Assembly: GCA_963809485.1 (NCBI GenBank)
Contig: CAWEJX010000020.1
Coordinates: 1 to 64,000, forward strand
Source: an uncultured Acidobacteriota bacterium
Lineage (GTDB): Bacteria > Acidobacteriota > UBA6911
Direction: 5' to 3'
Length of the DNA: 64,000 nucleotides
Below, in pieces: positions 38,721-49,749 of this stretch. Each line of letters starts with the position of its first letter. Position 1 is the first letter of the stretch. Made by a program: the position numbers and the translations under genes. The notes below the pieces were generated by a model that made no database searches, was not told where the DNA came from, and saw only the letters and a program-made list of their open reading frames with translations.

Positions 38721-40058
38721 AGTAATGTTTTCTACGCGGCAATCCAGTTCGCCTGAACCGAGAGTTACGCGCACTTTGTCGCCGCGCGAAACGTCGGCGG
38801 CGCTTTTGACGATTGCTCCCTTGGCATCGCGGCAGAGCGCGAATCCGCGCTTGAGAATGGCCAGCGGGCTGAGCGCATCAACTTTCCCGACAGCCACCTG
38901 GAACGGGAGCGCTCATGGCGCAGCCGGGCCCTGATGCCGGCAGATCAATCCCTGATACTTCCGCGCCAGAATATCCTTTTTATGCTGGATGATGCGACGC
39001 AGATCCAGCGTATTCAGGCGCGTGGAAAGCATGCGCTCCCGGTGCCGGATTTCATCCGCAGAACTGGCGCATCGCCTGCGCCATGCGCAGCGTGCCTTCG
39101 TCGAAACGCTGCTGCAGATCGCGGATCTTGTTGGGCGCTACCGTGAACGCCTTGTTGTGGGCCAGCCGCTCGAGATTCAGGCGGCGCCGCTCCATTCCCC
39201 GGCGCATCGCCTGGGAAAGGCGCCCTGTCAGGGAATTCACGCTCATGCGCAGATCTTCCCGCGCGCCCGAAACCATTTCCGCCGCCGCGGAAGGCGTGGG
39301 AGCCCTCAGGTCCGCCACAAAATCGGCAATCGTAAAATCCACTTCGTGCCCGACCGCCGAAATCAGCGGAAGCTCGGATTCATAGATCGCCCGCGCAACA
39401 ATTTCCTCGTTAAAAGCCCAGAGATCCTCAATCGAGCCTCCGCCGCGTCCGATGATGATGACGTCAATGTCGCGTGCGGCTGTTGAGATAGCGAATGCCG
39501 GCGGCAATTTCCTCGGCGGCACCCTGCCCCTGCACCTTGACCGGATACAGGAGCACATCCAGAGATGCGTTGCGCCGCTTGAGAATCCGCAGCATGTCCC
39601 GGATCGCGGCGCCTGTCGGAGACGTGACGATGCCCACCTTTCTGCGGCAAGCAGCGGCAGGGAACCTTGTGGGCTTCATCAAACAGGCCCTCCTTGCGCA
39701 GCTTCTCTTTCAGCTGATCGAACGCCAGCTGGAGCGAGCCCAATCCGACGGGCTCCATGTATTCCACGATGATCTGGTAATCGCCCCTGGGCTCATACAC
39801 GCTCAGCCGGCCGCGGACGACGACTTCCATCCCGTCCTCGGGGCGGAATTTCAGATACATGTTGTTGTTTTTGAAACATGCGGCCTTTATCTGAGCGCGC
39901 GAATCCTTAAGGGAAAAATACAGATGGCCCGAAGTGTGGCGCTTGAAATTCGAGATTTCTCCCTGAATCCAGACGATGCCGAGCTCATCAAGCGATCGCT
40001 TGATTTCCGATGTAATGTCGTAGACAGAATAGATTTTGCGCTGCGCGAAAAGATCCAC
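38715..40058 (-). CDS. xseA: Exodeoxyribonuclease VII large subunit, several frameshifts
   Basis: [52 protein letters not shown] and [10 protein letters not shown] are spread over four ORF segments. Confidence 0.9.
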
Positions 40059-40196
40059 GGCTCATGTTTATCATGAAGAAAGCGGATTCACAATCTTCAT
40101 GAACAGGGAAAGAGAATCGCGGTTCGCGGGTGGAGGAGCGATCACTATAATGCAGCATTATTTTTAATGAGGATGGCGCTCCAGAGACTGTCTCAA

Positions 40197-40594
40197 AGTC
40201 AGGTACCTCCGGCAAAGCCGGAGGCAAGATTTGAACCGCCCAAAGCCGTTGGAGGAGTTACGCCGGTCTTGAACGCTGACTTACGCGGGCAAAAGCTGAT
40301 GAGGCGCTTCCGATCCCCGCAGGGGCCAGCGCTCCGCGCTGGACAGTTTTCTGCGGCGGCACTGCGGCAAACGCCCGATTTCTCATACCCTTCATCTCCT
40401 TGCCTCACGGCGCTTGCCACAGTGCCGCCGCAGAAAACTCCATCGGAAGCACCTCATCGGCTTTTGCTCGCCGACCCTCGCCGAACAAATCGGCGTTTGT
40501 CAGCGCTTTTGTCAGCGTATCTCAGCGTTTCAAAATACGGAGTTGTCAATCTCTTTGAGTCCTCCGGCAAAGCCGGAGGTTTACCAATGGAATT
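40197..40594. mobile_element. Non-autonomous IS200/IS605-type element, long copy with internal hairpin
   Basis: Subterminal CCTCCGGCAAAGCCGGAGG hairpin at both ends, homology to 21682-21903, two long internal inverted repeats, no transposase. Confidence 0.78.
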
Positions 40595-40661
40595 GGTGGC
40601 GAGGATTTCGAGACAGTGTATAGGAATCACCGCCAGGCCAATTCGGAGCCGCGAACACAGT

Positions 40662-41297
40662 TCAGCCCTGGTACAGGAACCGTCCCGAGTCCGGGCTGCG
40701 AAGCCAGGAAGCCAGAGAATGGCCGTTCCGGTCTTTTTCCGTCATCAGGGGGCTTCCGGAGGCGATTGCGTCGAATTCCTTTTTTAGCGTGGGTTCAAAA
40801 AGAGACCAGTCCATGTCGCCGGCAAGCGGCGAGATTCCCGCCTCACAGCCGGGACTGTATTCCCCGGAGCAGAAGTACTCGATATGGGCTCGCCTGCAGG
40901 AAATAGTTCCCGTGCGCGAAGCCCGGCGGAACCCAGATCCATTCTGCATAATCGGATTCTGCGTCCGCCGGCATATCGTGCGCAATGATCTTGCCGAAGC
41001 TTGGGGAGCCTTTCCGTATGTCCAGAACCATATCCGTCATGCGGCCGCTCAGTGTTCTCACCAGCTTGCCCATATACGGATTCCACTGAAAATGCAGCCC
41101 GCGAACAGTCCCCGGCTTTGACCAGCTTTCATTGCACTGGCGAAATTCCACGCCCTTCATGAAATCCAACTGCGGAAGCTCGGAAAAATCGCTTTTCCTG
41201 AAGTTTCCGCAAAAAATCCGCGATCATCCGCGAACCTCGCGAAGCGAATGACTTTGATGTCCGGGATCGCCAGGCCGGTGACCGACAGGATCTTCAT
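40662..41297 (-). CDS. rfbC: dTDP-4-dehydrorhamnose 3,5-epimerase, frameshifted
   Basis: MKILSV...FADDRGFF, QCNESWS..GTVRGLHFQ, DIRKGSPSFG, WVPPGFAHG in at least three segments. Confidence 0.85.
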
Positions 41298-41478
41298 CCA
41301 TTCCCTCCCTGCAAGTTCGTAAAGCTTTGAAAGCCGGCATCATATCAGAAATCCGGGGAATTCCGTGCCCGGAAATCGGGGAAGCAGGCCATTACAATTA
41401 AATACAATTAAGGACATTCTGATGACAACCCCTGTATTTTCTTTATCTATACTGCGCCGGCTTATTCAGGGAGAAGTT

Positions 41479-43087
41479 ATGCATCTATTTGAGCCTGCGG
41501 CCTCGGCCTACGAGAAATTCCTCAGGACCGGGCAATATTTCATATCTGTATCAGATGGATACTTTCGATACGGTGATCGTGACCGCCTACTTTGCGATTC
41601 TGGCAATTCTGAGTTTTTACGGCCTCCATCGCTACATCATGGTCTTCTCTGTACCTCAAAAATCATAAAAAGGCCGCGGAGCCGCAAATCCCGGTTTGAA
41701 GAACTGCCCCGGGTTACCGTCCAGCTTCCCTGCCTACAACGAAATGTATGTCATGGAGCGCATTATCGATGCCGTCTGCTCCTTCGATTATCCGGCGGAC
41801 CGCCTGGACATCCAGGTGCTGGATGATTCCACGGACGAGACCCAGCGAATCGCCCGCGACGCCGTTGAACGGTGGAGCAATCTCGGCGTCGATATTCATT
41901 ACATCCACCGGGACGACCGAACAGGCTTCAAGGCCGGCGCGCTGGAAAACGGCCTGCGCACGGCAAAAGGCGAATTCGTTGCGGTTTTTGACGCCGATTT
42001 TGTGCCGGAACCGGATTTCCTTCAGAAATCCATCCACCATTTCACCGATCCGAAAGTGGGAATGGTCCAGGGGCGGTGGGAGCACCTGAATCGCGAATAT
42101 TCGTTTCTGACCCGGACCCAGGCCATTTTTCTCGACGGCCATTTCATGCTCGAAAGTTACACCCGCTTTTTGAGCGGCCGCTTTTTCAATTTCAACGGGA
42201 CTGCCGGAATTCTGCGCAGGAAAACCATCGAGGATGCCGGAGGGTGGGAACACGACACGCTGACCGAAGATCTGGACCTGAGCTATCGCGCCCAGATGAA
42301 GGGCTGGAAGTTCATCTTCCTGCCGGACCTGACGGTTCCAGCCGAACTCCCGGTGGAAATCAATTCGTTTAAAACCCAGCAGTGCCGCTGGGCAAAGGGC
42401 GCCATGCAGACCTGCAAGAAAGTGCTCCTGAAGGTACTGAAAGGCGATTTTGCGCCGGCGAGAAACTCGAAGCCTGGTATCACCTGACCGGAAACATATC
42501 CTACCCGCTTATGGTGATTCTCTCACTGATACTGTTTCCCTGCTCTGATTGTCCGCTACAACCAGGGTTGGTTTGAACTCCTGGTCATCGACCTCCCGCT
42601 TTTCATTCTCTCCTTCAGCAGCGTCTCGACGTTTTACATCGTATCCCAGAAGTCGCTACACAAAGACTGGCTCAGGCGCATCGCCTATCTCCCGGGATTG
42701 ATGGCCGTCGGAATAGGCATGACGATTCCCGGTTCCAAGGCTGTGCTGGAAGGCGCCCTGGGCTGGAAAACGCCCTTCGTCCGCACGCCCAAGTTTTCGG
42801 TGGAAGGAAACAAGGGAGAATGGATGAGCAAGAAATACCGATGCAACATCGGATTCCTGACCCTCGTGGAAATCGCGTTCGGCTTTTATTTCACGCTCGT
42901 CACAATCTACGCCTGGAGCCTCGGCATCTACGGCGTTATCCCGTTCCTGATGCTTTTCCAGTGGGGCTTTCTCTACACGGGTCTCTGGGCCCTGGCTCAA
43001 AGCCTCAAGCGTTCGGGATTCGGATATTCGCTCGCGCGGCTTCACACGACCATGCGCCCCTATCTCCGGATAACGAATTACCTGTAG
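41479..43087 (+). CDS. Membrane GT2 glycosyltransferase (cellulose synthase-like), frameshifted
   Basis: LPRVTVQLP, LDDSTD, GFKAGAL, FDADF, TEDLDLS, QQCRWAKG (QxxRW), FVRTPK across several frames. Confidence 0.85.
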
Positions 43088-43160
43088 AACCTTCAGTCCG
43101 GCTTCCTTGTGCTTCGGTTGAAGAAAGATCGGCCGGTTCTGGAGGTCGCCTCAAATTTTA

Positions 43161-43200
43161 ACGCTGACGAACGCCGATAAGCGCTGACTTACGCTGAAAA
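43161..43200 (-). repeat. TCAGCG-type array with 10-bp period
   Basis: CGC[T/C]GA at 43162, 43172, 43182, 43192. Confidence 0.75.
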
Positions 43201-43243
43201 ATTTTAAATAAATATTGTTTTCTCAGCATTGAGTGCTGATCGG

Positions 43244-43334
43244 GTGAGGACGGCTCTCCAGAGATATTCTCAAAACTGCAGGCGAAGATCTCATGACAGT
43301 GGTTTTGAGACAGACGATGGAGAGCCGTCCTCAC
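43244..43334. repeat. REP-doublet-like palindrome
   Basis: Perfect 17-bp inverted repeat GTGAGGACGGCTCTCCA / TGGAGAGCCGTCCTCAC with inner TCTCAAAAC / GTTTTGAGA. Confidence 0.75.
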
Positions 43335-43975
43335 TGAATACTGAGGGGAATGCCCCTGCGCGCCAGCGCGGATTTGAGAGTCTCTCCGGTCAATTCCTCA
43401 TAGCCCGAAGGGGTATCTATGTCCCGGACAACGGCGCTTTCCTCGGTCGGCAACAGTGCCGTGGCCTGTTCGTGTCGCAATAAAATCTTCTTCGGACCTT
43501 CTTCCAGGGGCGCGTCCATGAACTCCCGGAAAAGCTCCCGGTGAAAAATCGCGGGATGGCCGCGCCGGCCGCGATACGCCGGGCAGGCGATCCTCGATCC
43601 GGAGTCGATAAAGAGCCGGACGAGATCGCGCACCAGTTTTTCGGTAACCGCGGGCTGGTCCACAGGCCAGATCATGCCGGCATCGTATTCCGGCCGGATG
43701 CAGGACAGAGCCAGCTGTATGGATGACAGCTGTCCCCGGTCCGGGTCCGGGTTGATGCGCACTTCGGCATCCCATTCGCGAATCAGCGGCTGAATAACCG
43801 CAGCCGACCTACCCAGAACAATAATCGGGGCCGGCAACCCGTTTTTCCGCAGGACAGCCAGGATTCGAGTGAGAAAAGTATCCGCGCCCAGAGGCAAAAG
43901 CGCCTTGGGATAGCCCATTCTTGTGGAATCCCCGGCAGCAAGGATGACAGGGGCAATGGTGGATATGGATGCCAT
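43331..43975 (-). CDS. MocA/MobA-like nucleotidyltransferase (probable molybdenum cofactor cytidylyltransferase)
   Basis: ILAAGDSTRMGYPKALL, GQLSSI, PVDQP, GHPAIF, DIDTP. Confidence 0.88.
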   Translation of the reverse strand: MASISTIAPVILAAGDSTRMGYPKALLPLGADTFLTRILAVLRKNGLPAPIIVLGRSAAVIQPLIREWDAEVRINPDPDRGQLSSIQLALSCIRPEYDAGMIWPVDQPAVTEKLVRDLVRLFIDSGSRIACPAYRGRRGHPAIFHRELFREFMDAPLEEGPKKILLRHEQATALLPTEESAVVRDIDTPSGYEELTGETLKSALARRGIPLSIQ

Positions 43976-44107
43976 CGGGATCCTTCCATTCGTGACAGCA
44001 AGCGCGTCACTATACTCCAGGACAGTTGCCGGATCAACCCGAGAGGCCCGGCAATGCGCGCTGAGCGTTGGTGCATCCGAAGTGCGGTTGGATTACAATC
44101 AAACGCA

Positions 44108-45607
44108 ATGAAACGTACACTGTATTTCTCGGCCTTTTTTTTATTGGCCATTCTGTCGCCCGCTTCTGTCGCGCACCCGCCTGTTTGTGCTGAAATGCCG
44201 CTGTTCGCAGCCGATTCGGCCAAAAACCTGCGAACCGACCTCGACCGGATTTTTTCCGACCGCAGGTTCGCCGGCGCGCGCTGGGGAGTGGAGGTCTTTT
44301 CGCTGGACCGGTCGGAAAAGCTCTACGAAAGAGACACCTCGGGGCTGTTTGTGCCGGCGTCCAACAACAAACTCGTTACCGCGGCCGTGGCTTTGATGCG
44401 CCTGGGCCCCGACTATCGATATGAAACCCGCGTCCTGACTGACGGACAAATCGAGGCCGGCGTGCTCAAAGGGAATCTGATTATCGTGGGTTCCGGGGAT
44501 CCTTCCTGCGCGCCGCAATTCCAGGCTGGAGACGCCTTCGCCGCCTTCAGAAACTGGGCGGCGCAGCTGAGAGCGATGAATGTGCGCCGGATCGCCGGAG
44601 ACATCCTCGGGGATGAAGGAGCTTTTGACAGCACAAAATTCGGGCTCGGGTGGGAATGGAACGACCTGGGGCAGGGTTACGCGGCGCCGATCGGAGCTCT
44701 GCAGTTTAACGATAACACGCTGTCGCTCGAGATATCGCCGGGACCGGAAAAAGGCGATCCCGCATTCCTTAAAACCTCACCCTTGCCCGGATATCTCTCC
44801 ATAGAAAATAAGATTGTGACGGGAGCCGAAAACACCCCGGTCCGCGTTCAAATCCGCCGCGGGCCCTCCCGCAAAACGATGGTCGCCGGCGGATCCGTTC
44901 CCCTTGGAGGCGCGCCCGTGGCGCGGGCGGTCGCGGTCCTGTCTCCCGCCCACTATTATCTTTCGGCCTTGAGGCAGGTTCTGGCAGAGGGAGGGATCGA
45001 CACAAGCGAGTGTGAAATCAAGGAAAAGGAAGGCTATGCCGCAACACCCCTGACGACGCTCTGGAGCCACTCCTCCCCGCCTTTGTCCGAGCTTCTCAAG
45101 CCACTGATGAAAACAAGCCAGAATCTGTATGCCGAGACTCTGACCCGTACGCTGGGCCTGACGCTGAAGGGCGAAGGCACTTTTGACAAGGGCAAGGAAG
45201 TTGTGGAGGAAACCCTAGCAGGGTTGGGCATCGAGAAGGAAAGCTATGTTTATGCCGATGGATCCGGCCTGTCCCGCCTGAATCTGATCAGCGCGGATGC
45301 GCTGGCCAGGATTCTGAGGCATATGTACCGGCAGCCGCAGTTTTCCGATTTTTACGATGCGCTGCCGGTCGCGGGCATTGACGGCACTCTCTCTGCCCGG
45401 ATGAAAAACACGCGGGCGGAGAACAATGTCCATGCGAAAACAGGCAGCATCGCCAACGTATCCGCGATTTCGGGCTACGTGCGGACAGCGCGCGGCGAAA
45501 TGCTGGCGTTTTCAATACTGGCAAACAACTTTCTTGTGGCAAGAGAGGTTGTGGAATCCATCCAGGACAAAGCTCTGGAGCGGCTGGCGAATTTCTCCGG
45601 GAAGTGA
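44108..45607 (+). CDS. dacB: D-alanyl-D-alanine carboxypeptidase/endopeptidase (PBP4, peptidase S13)
   Basis: PASNNK (SxxK), GSGDP, SQN (SxN), DGSGLSR, AKTG. Confidence 0.93.
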   Translation: MKRTLYFSAFFLLAILSPASVAHPPVCAEMPLFAADSAKNLRTDLDRIFSDRRFAGARWGVEVFSLDRSEKLYERDTSGLFVPASNNKLVTAAVALMRLGPDYRYETRVLTDGQIEAGVLKGNLIIVGSGDPSCAPQFQAGDAFAAFRNWAAQLRAMNVRRIAGDILGDEGAFDSTKFGLGWEWNDLGQGYAAPIGALQFNDNTLSLEISPGPEKGDPAFLKTSPLPGYLSIENKIVTGAENTPVRVQIRRGPSRKTMVAGGSVPLGGAPVARAVAVLSPAHYYLSALRQVLAEGGIDTSECEIKEKEGYAATPLTTLWSHSSPPLSELLKPLMKTSQNLYAETLTRTLGLTLKGEGTFDKGKEVVEETLAGLGIEKESYVYADGSGLSRLNLISADALARILRHMYRQPQFSDFYDALPVAGIDGTLSARMKNTRAENNVHAKTGSIANVSAISGYVRTARGEMLAFSILANNFLVAREVVESIQDKALERLANFSGK

Positions 45608-45645
45608 CACAATAGAAGCAGGGTGTTATTGCCGGTGAAATTGAT

Positions 45646-46230
45646 ATGTATGTTTCCGTAATGCAAAAGGCTTCCCTGCTTTTCCTGCTTGTGCGCCTGT
45701 TTCTGGCGGCTCAGCTTCCATCCGAACCGCCCTCGACGGCGCCCGGGGAAAGCCCGTCTTTAGAGAAGAGCTCTTACTTCGCTTTCGTGGACCGCGACTA
45801 CATTTTTACCATCGAGGTGGTCAAGCCCGGCGTTCCCCTGCTGAATTTCGTCTCCATGGCCGATGAGGACGTTAAGCTTCCGGCCAAGAATGTTCGGCTT
45901 TCCCTGGAGAATCGAAAAGCGGCAGGAAAACTTTTTGCGGTCGAAACGGCGGATGCCAGAAAGCCGATGATCGTGTACTCCCTGACCATTCACCCAAGGT
46001 CCTCTTTTGGCGTCCGTCTTGAAGGGGATTTCGACAAAGCCAAAGAGTTTTTGGGTGTAACCATAAGGCTGGGGAAAGAAGACCTGAAGCTCGCTCCGCT
46101 CACCAGATTTGACTTCGAAAGCCTGGTGCTGAAAGTTAATGGCCTGAATCTCGGCTCGCCCGATTTCAGCGACGACTGGCGGGTGCTGAAGATAGAAAAG
46201 ATAGGCAGCCGTTCACCCGCCCGAAATTAG
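45646..46230 (+). CDS. Hypothetical secreted protein
   Basis: 194-aa ORF co-oriented with dacB, hydrophobic N-terminus; no family recognised. Confidence 0.65.
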   Translation: MYVSVMQKASLLFLLVRLFLAAQLPSEPPSTAPGESPSLEKSSYFAFVDRDYIFTIEVVKPGVPLLNFVSMADEDVKLPAKNVRLSLENRKAAGKLFAVETADARKPMIVYSLTIHPRSSFGVRLEGDFDKAKEFLGVTIRLGKEDLKLAPLTRFDFESLVLKVNGLNLGSPDFSDDWRVLKIEKIGSRSPARN

Positions 46231-46294
46231 CCTTCATCCGAAAAAATCCGCAGTTGAATACGGATAATACAACCGCTGAGCTTCTTCTTCAGAA

Positions 46295-46340
46295 TCAGCG
46301 TTTGTCGGCGTTTTTTCAGCGTTCGTCTGCGTTATCAGTA
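46295..46340 (+). repeat. TCAGCG-type short-period array
   Basis: Cores at 46295, 46305, 46316, 46326, 46335 between convergent genes. Confidence 0.7.
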
Positions 46341-46363
46341 CTGGTTTCGGCATCAGAGAAAAA

Positions 46364-47569
46364 TCACGAGAAGTGCTTTTCGATGGCAACCAGGCAGGCG
46401 TCGAGTGAGTCCGCAGGGATTCCGCCGGCCTGAGCGAGTTCCGGCCTCCCTCCCCCCTTCCCGCCGAATACCGCCGTCACCTGCCGGATGGCCTCGTGAC
46501 AGCTTCCCGTCAATCCTGCATTGCGCGCCACGACCAGCTGGCGCGCATCTTCAATCGCCAGGATTGCCACAACGCCCGGATGCGCCGCCAGTTTTTGAGC
46601 GAGCAGCTTGACATCGTCAAGCTTCCGACCGCTAAAGGTTCTGCGGATGATGGCCATACGTCCGGCAGCGGCGGCGCCCCCGATCAGCGCTTCGGCTTCC
46701 ATATCCAGCAGCTGGGTCTGCAGACGGTCCTTCTCCCTGGAGAGCGCCGCCCTCTCCTGCATCAGTTTTTCCGTCATTTCGGCAAGGTTGTCGGCGCCTG
46801 TGGAATACAGCTTACAGAGTCCCTTCAGCAACTCACGGTCCCTGGACAATATTTTCAGCGCTCTCTGCCCGGCAGCGAATTCAACCCGGGTTCCGCCTTT
46901 GTATCGTTCGAAGCCCAGGATAGAGATGATCCCGATCTCCCCCGTATGGCGGACATGGGTGCCCCCGCACGCCGACCGGTCAAAACCTCCGACATCGATA
47001 ACGCGTATTTCGCCTTCGCGCTGCGACTCCTTGCGGATTCCCAGGGAGTCGAGATTTTCCCTGTCGGTTGTCAGGACATGAACAGCGCGGTTTTCGAAAA
47101 CGATCCGGGATGCCAGTGTCTGAGCATCATCCATCCGCGACGCGGATGGTTCTGCCAGATCGACGTCGATGGTCGAGACTTCCTGCCCCATATGAAAGGA
47201 AAGAGTCGGGGCTTTCGCGACCGCGATGAAGGCCTGAGAAAGGATGTGCTGGCCCGTGTGCTGCTGCATATGGTCAAAGCGGCGCTCCCAGTCAATGAAG
47301 CCGGAGACCGGTCCGGGAAGGATTTCCCGGTCCAGGATGTGAATGATCTCCCCGGCATCACCCTCGAGCACTCTCAAGACACGCGCTTCGCCCAGCAATC
47401 CGGTATCGTGCGGCTGGCCTCCGGATTCCGGGTAGAAGGCCGTCTGATCGAGGACTACAGCAGGCTTCCCGTCGACCCTGAGCTGCTGCGTCACTTCAGC
47501 GGAAAATTCCTTGAGGTAAGAATCAAAATAATAGATTCGTTGTGTCATCGGATTTCTTCCATCCTGCAT
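46364..47569 (-). CDS. AlaX-family alanyl-tRNA editing protein with DHHA1 domain
   Basis: [40 protein letters not shown]. Confidence 0.9.
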   Translation of the reverse strand: MQDGRNPMTQRIYYFDSYLKEFSAEVTQQLRVDGKPAVVLDQTAFYPESGGQPHDTGLLGEARVLRVLEGDAGEIIHILDREILPGPVSGFIDWERRFDHMQQHTGQHILSQAFIAVAKAPTLSFHMGQEVSTIDVDLAEPSASRMDDAQTLASRIVFENRAVHVLTTDRENLDSLGIRKESQREGEIRVIDVGGFDRSACGGTHVRHTGEIGIISILGFERYKGGTRVEFAAGQRALKILSRDRELLKGLCKLYSTGADNLAEMTEKLMQERAALSREKDRLQTQLLDMEAEALIGGAAAAGRMAIIRRTFSGRKLDDVKLLAQKLAAHPGVVAILAIEDARQLVVARNAGLTGSCHEAIRQVTAVFGGKGGGRPELAQAGGIPADSLDACLVAIEKHFS

Positions 47570-47715
47570 CGTGTATATATGAAGTCCGCCCGCGCAAAAG
47601 GCTTTTTACCACGAAACGCACCGATTTCACGAAAGGGATTTTGTGCCCTGTAGCCCGCGACTCAGCCTTCAATCAATTTGACACTGGTTCAGCGCGGTGT
47701 CTATACTTCGCCGTT

Positions 47716-48261
47716 ATGAATTCCGAAAACAAGGTTTTTCACGGAACGACAATTCTGCTGGTCCGCAGAGGCAATCAGATTGTCATCGCGGGCGACGGGC
47801 AGGTAACTCTGGGAGATACGGTTATCAAGCAGAGCGCCCGGAAAATTCGCCGCGTATACAATGACCGGGTCCTCGTGGGCTTTGCCGGAGCAACCGCGGA
47901 TGCTTTCGCCCTTTTTTCCCGGCTGGAAGTCAAGCTGGAGCAGTTCCAGGGCAATCTGAACCGGGCAGCCGTGGAGCTGGCCCAGGAGTGGCGCATGGAC
48001 CGCGCGCTGCGCCACCTGGAAGCGTTCCTTCTCGCCACGGACGGCAAATCCATCTACCTGCTTTCGGGGACCGGGGACGTAATAGAGCCCGACGACGGGG
48101 TGCTGGCGGTGGGATCGGGCGGGGTTTTCGCGCTCGCCGCAGCCCGCGCTTTGCTGCGTCATACCAAACTGCCGGCCCGAAAGATCGCCCAGGAAGCTTT
48201 GAAGATCGCCAGCGAAATCTGCGTGTTCACCAATAGTGAAATCATTGTCGAAGAATTGTAG
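47716..48261 (+). CDS. hslV: ATP-dependent protease peptidase subunit
   Basis: [27 protein letters not shown]. Confidence 0.96.
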   Translation: MNSENKVFHGTTILLVRRGNQIVIAGDGQVTLGDTVIKQSARKIRRVYNDRVLVGFAGATADAFALFSRLEVKLEQFQGNLNRAAVELAQEWRMDRALRHLEAFLLATDGKSIYLLSGTGDVIEPDDGVLAVGSGGVFALAAARALLRHTKLPARKIAQEALKIASEICVFTNSEIIVEEL

Positions 48262-48348
48262 GCCTGAATTCGACGGCAGGGACCGGCGATCCCGGGTTGT
48301 TACCAGGGGTATCCGCAGGGCCAACCTTTTTCTATAGAGCGAGAATCC

Positions 48349-49749
48349 ATGCAGGAAAATTCAAGACGTCGAAAAGCCCGGGCACGCGGTCTGGATGAAA
48401 TGTCGCCCAGGGAAATTGTCCGGCAGCTGGATCGATATGTCGTGGGTCAGCAGGCGGCAAAAAAGGCCGTTGCCATCGCCTTGCGCAACCGCATACGCAG
48501 GCAGAAGCTGGACGAGGAGATGGCCGAAGAGGTCGCTCCCAAAAACATCATCATGATCGGGCCCACGGGCGTGGGAAAGACCGAAATCGCGCGCCGGCTG
48601 GCCCGCTTGGCGAATTCTCCATTCCTTAAAGTCGAAGCGACCAAATTTACCGAAGTGGGTTATGTCGGCCGTGATGTCGAATCCATGGTGCGCGACCTGG
48701 TTGAAATTGCCGTTGATATGGTCCGCGAAGAAAAGATCGCCGAGATTGAGGAAAAGGCGGAGCAGAATGCCGAGGAGCGGCTGCTCGATGTTCTGCTGGC
48801 CTCTCTCCAAAATATACCGGGAGAAAAAAGCTTGCCGGCAGGCAGTAACGGCCTTGCCCGGATCGAGCAGATGCGTGAGAAAGTGCGGAAGCAGCTCCGA
48901 GCCGGAAAGCTCGATAAGCGAATCATCGAAATGGAGGTGCGAGAGCATCCCATGGGTCCGGTTTCGCTCCAGTTTTTTGAAGGCCCCAGTCTTGAGGAAC
49001 TCCAGTTCAACATGCGCGACCTGCTCTCAGGCATGATGGAAGGCAAGCCCAAGAAGCGGCGCATGCCCGTCGACGAAGCCGCGGACTACATTATTCAGGA
49101 AGAGGAGCAGAAGCTGGTGGACATGGACCAGGTTGCCCGGCTGGCCCTGGACCGGGTGGAGCAGAGCGGAATCATTTTCCTGGATGAGATAGACAAAATC
49201 GCGGGGCGGGAATCGGGCCACGGTCCCGATGTAAGCCGCGAAGGAGTGCAGCGGGATATTCTGCCCATCGTGGAGGGTACGAGCGTCAACACCCGCTACG
49301 GCATGGTGCGGACGGATCACATCCTTTTCATCGCCGCAGGGGCTTTTCATGTTTCAAAGCCCACGGACCTTATCCCCGAGCTTCAGGGGAGGTTTCCCAT
49401 CAGAGTCGAGCTGAATCCTTTGGGCGAGGAGGATTTCGTACGGATCCTGCAGGAGCCGAAGAATGCGCTGATCAAGCAGTACACGGCGCTGCTGGGCACG
49501 GAGGGGCTCAAGCTCCACTTCACCGAGGATGCGATACGCGAGATCTCCAGCCTGGCGTGCCTGGTGAATGAAAGCACCGAGAACATCGGCGCCCGCCGCC
49601 TGCACACGATCGTGGAGGCCCTTCTGGAGGATTTTTCATTTGAAGGGAAGCAAAGCAGAGCAAAAACCGTCCGTATCACGGCATCCTATGTCCGTCAGAA
49701 ACTCGGGGATATCGCGCGGGACAAAGATTTGAGCCGCTACATTCTTTAA
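48349..49749 (+). CDS. hslU: ATP-dependent protease ATPase subunit
   Basis: [42 protein letters not shown]. Confidence 0.97.
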   Translation: MQENSRRRKARARGLDEMSPREIVRQLDRYVVGQQAAKKAVAIALRNRIRRQKLDEEMAEEVAPKNIIMIGPTGVGKTEIARRLARLANSPFLKVEATKFTEVGYVGRDVESMVRDLVEIAVDMVREEKIAEIEEKAEQNAEERLLDVLLASLQNIPGEKSLPAGSNGLARIEQMREKVRKQLRAGKLDKRIIEMEVREHPMGPVSLQFFEGPSLEELQFNMRDLLSGMMEGKPKKRRMPVDEAADYIIQEEEQKLVDMDQVARLALDRVEQSGIIFLDEIDKIAGRESGHGPDVSREGVQRDILPIVEGTSVNTRYGMVRTDHILFIAAGAFHVSKPTDLIPELQGRFPIRVELNPLGEEDFVRILQEPKNALIKQYTALLGTEGLKLHFTEDAIREISSLACLVNESTENIGARRLHTIVEALLEDFSFEGKQSRAKTVRITASYVRQKLGDIARDKDLSRYIL

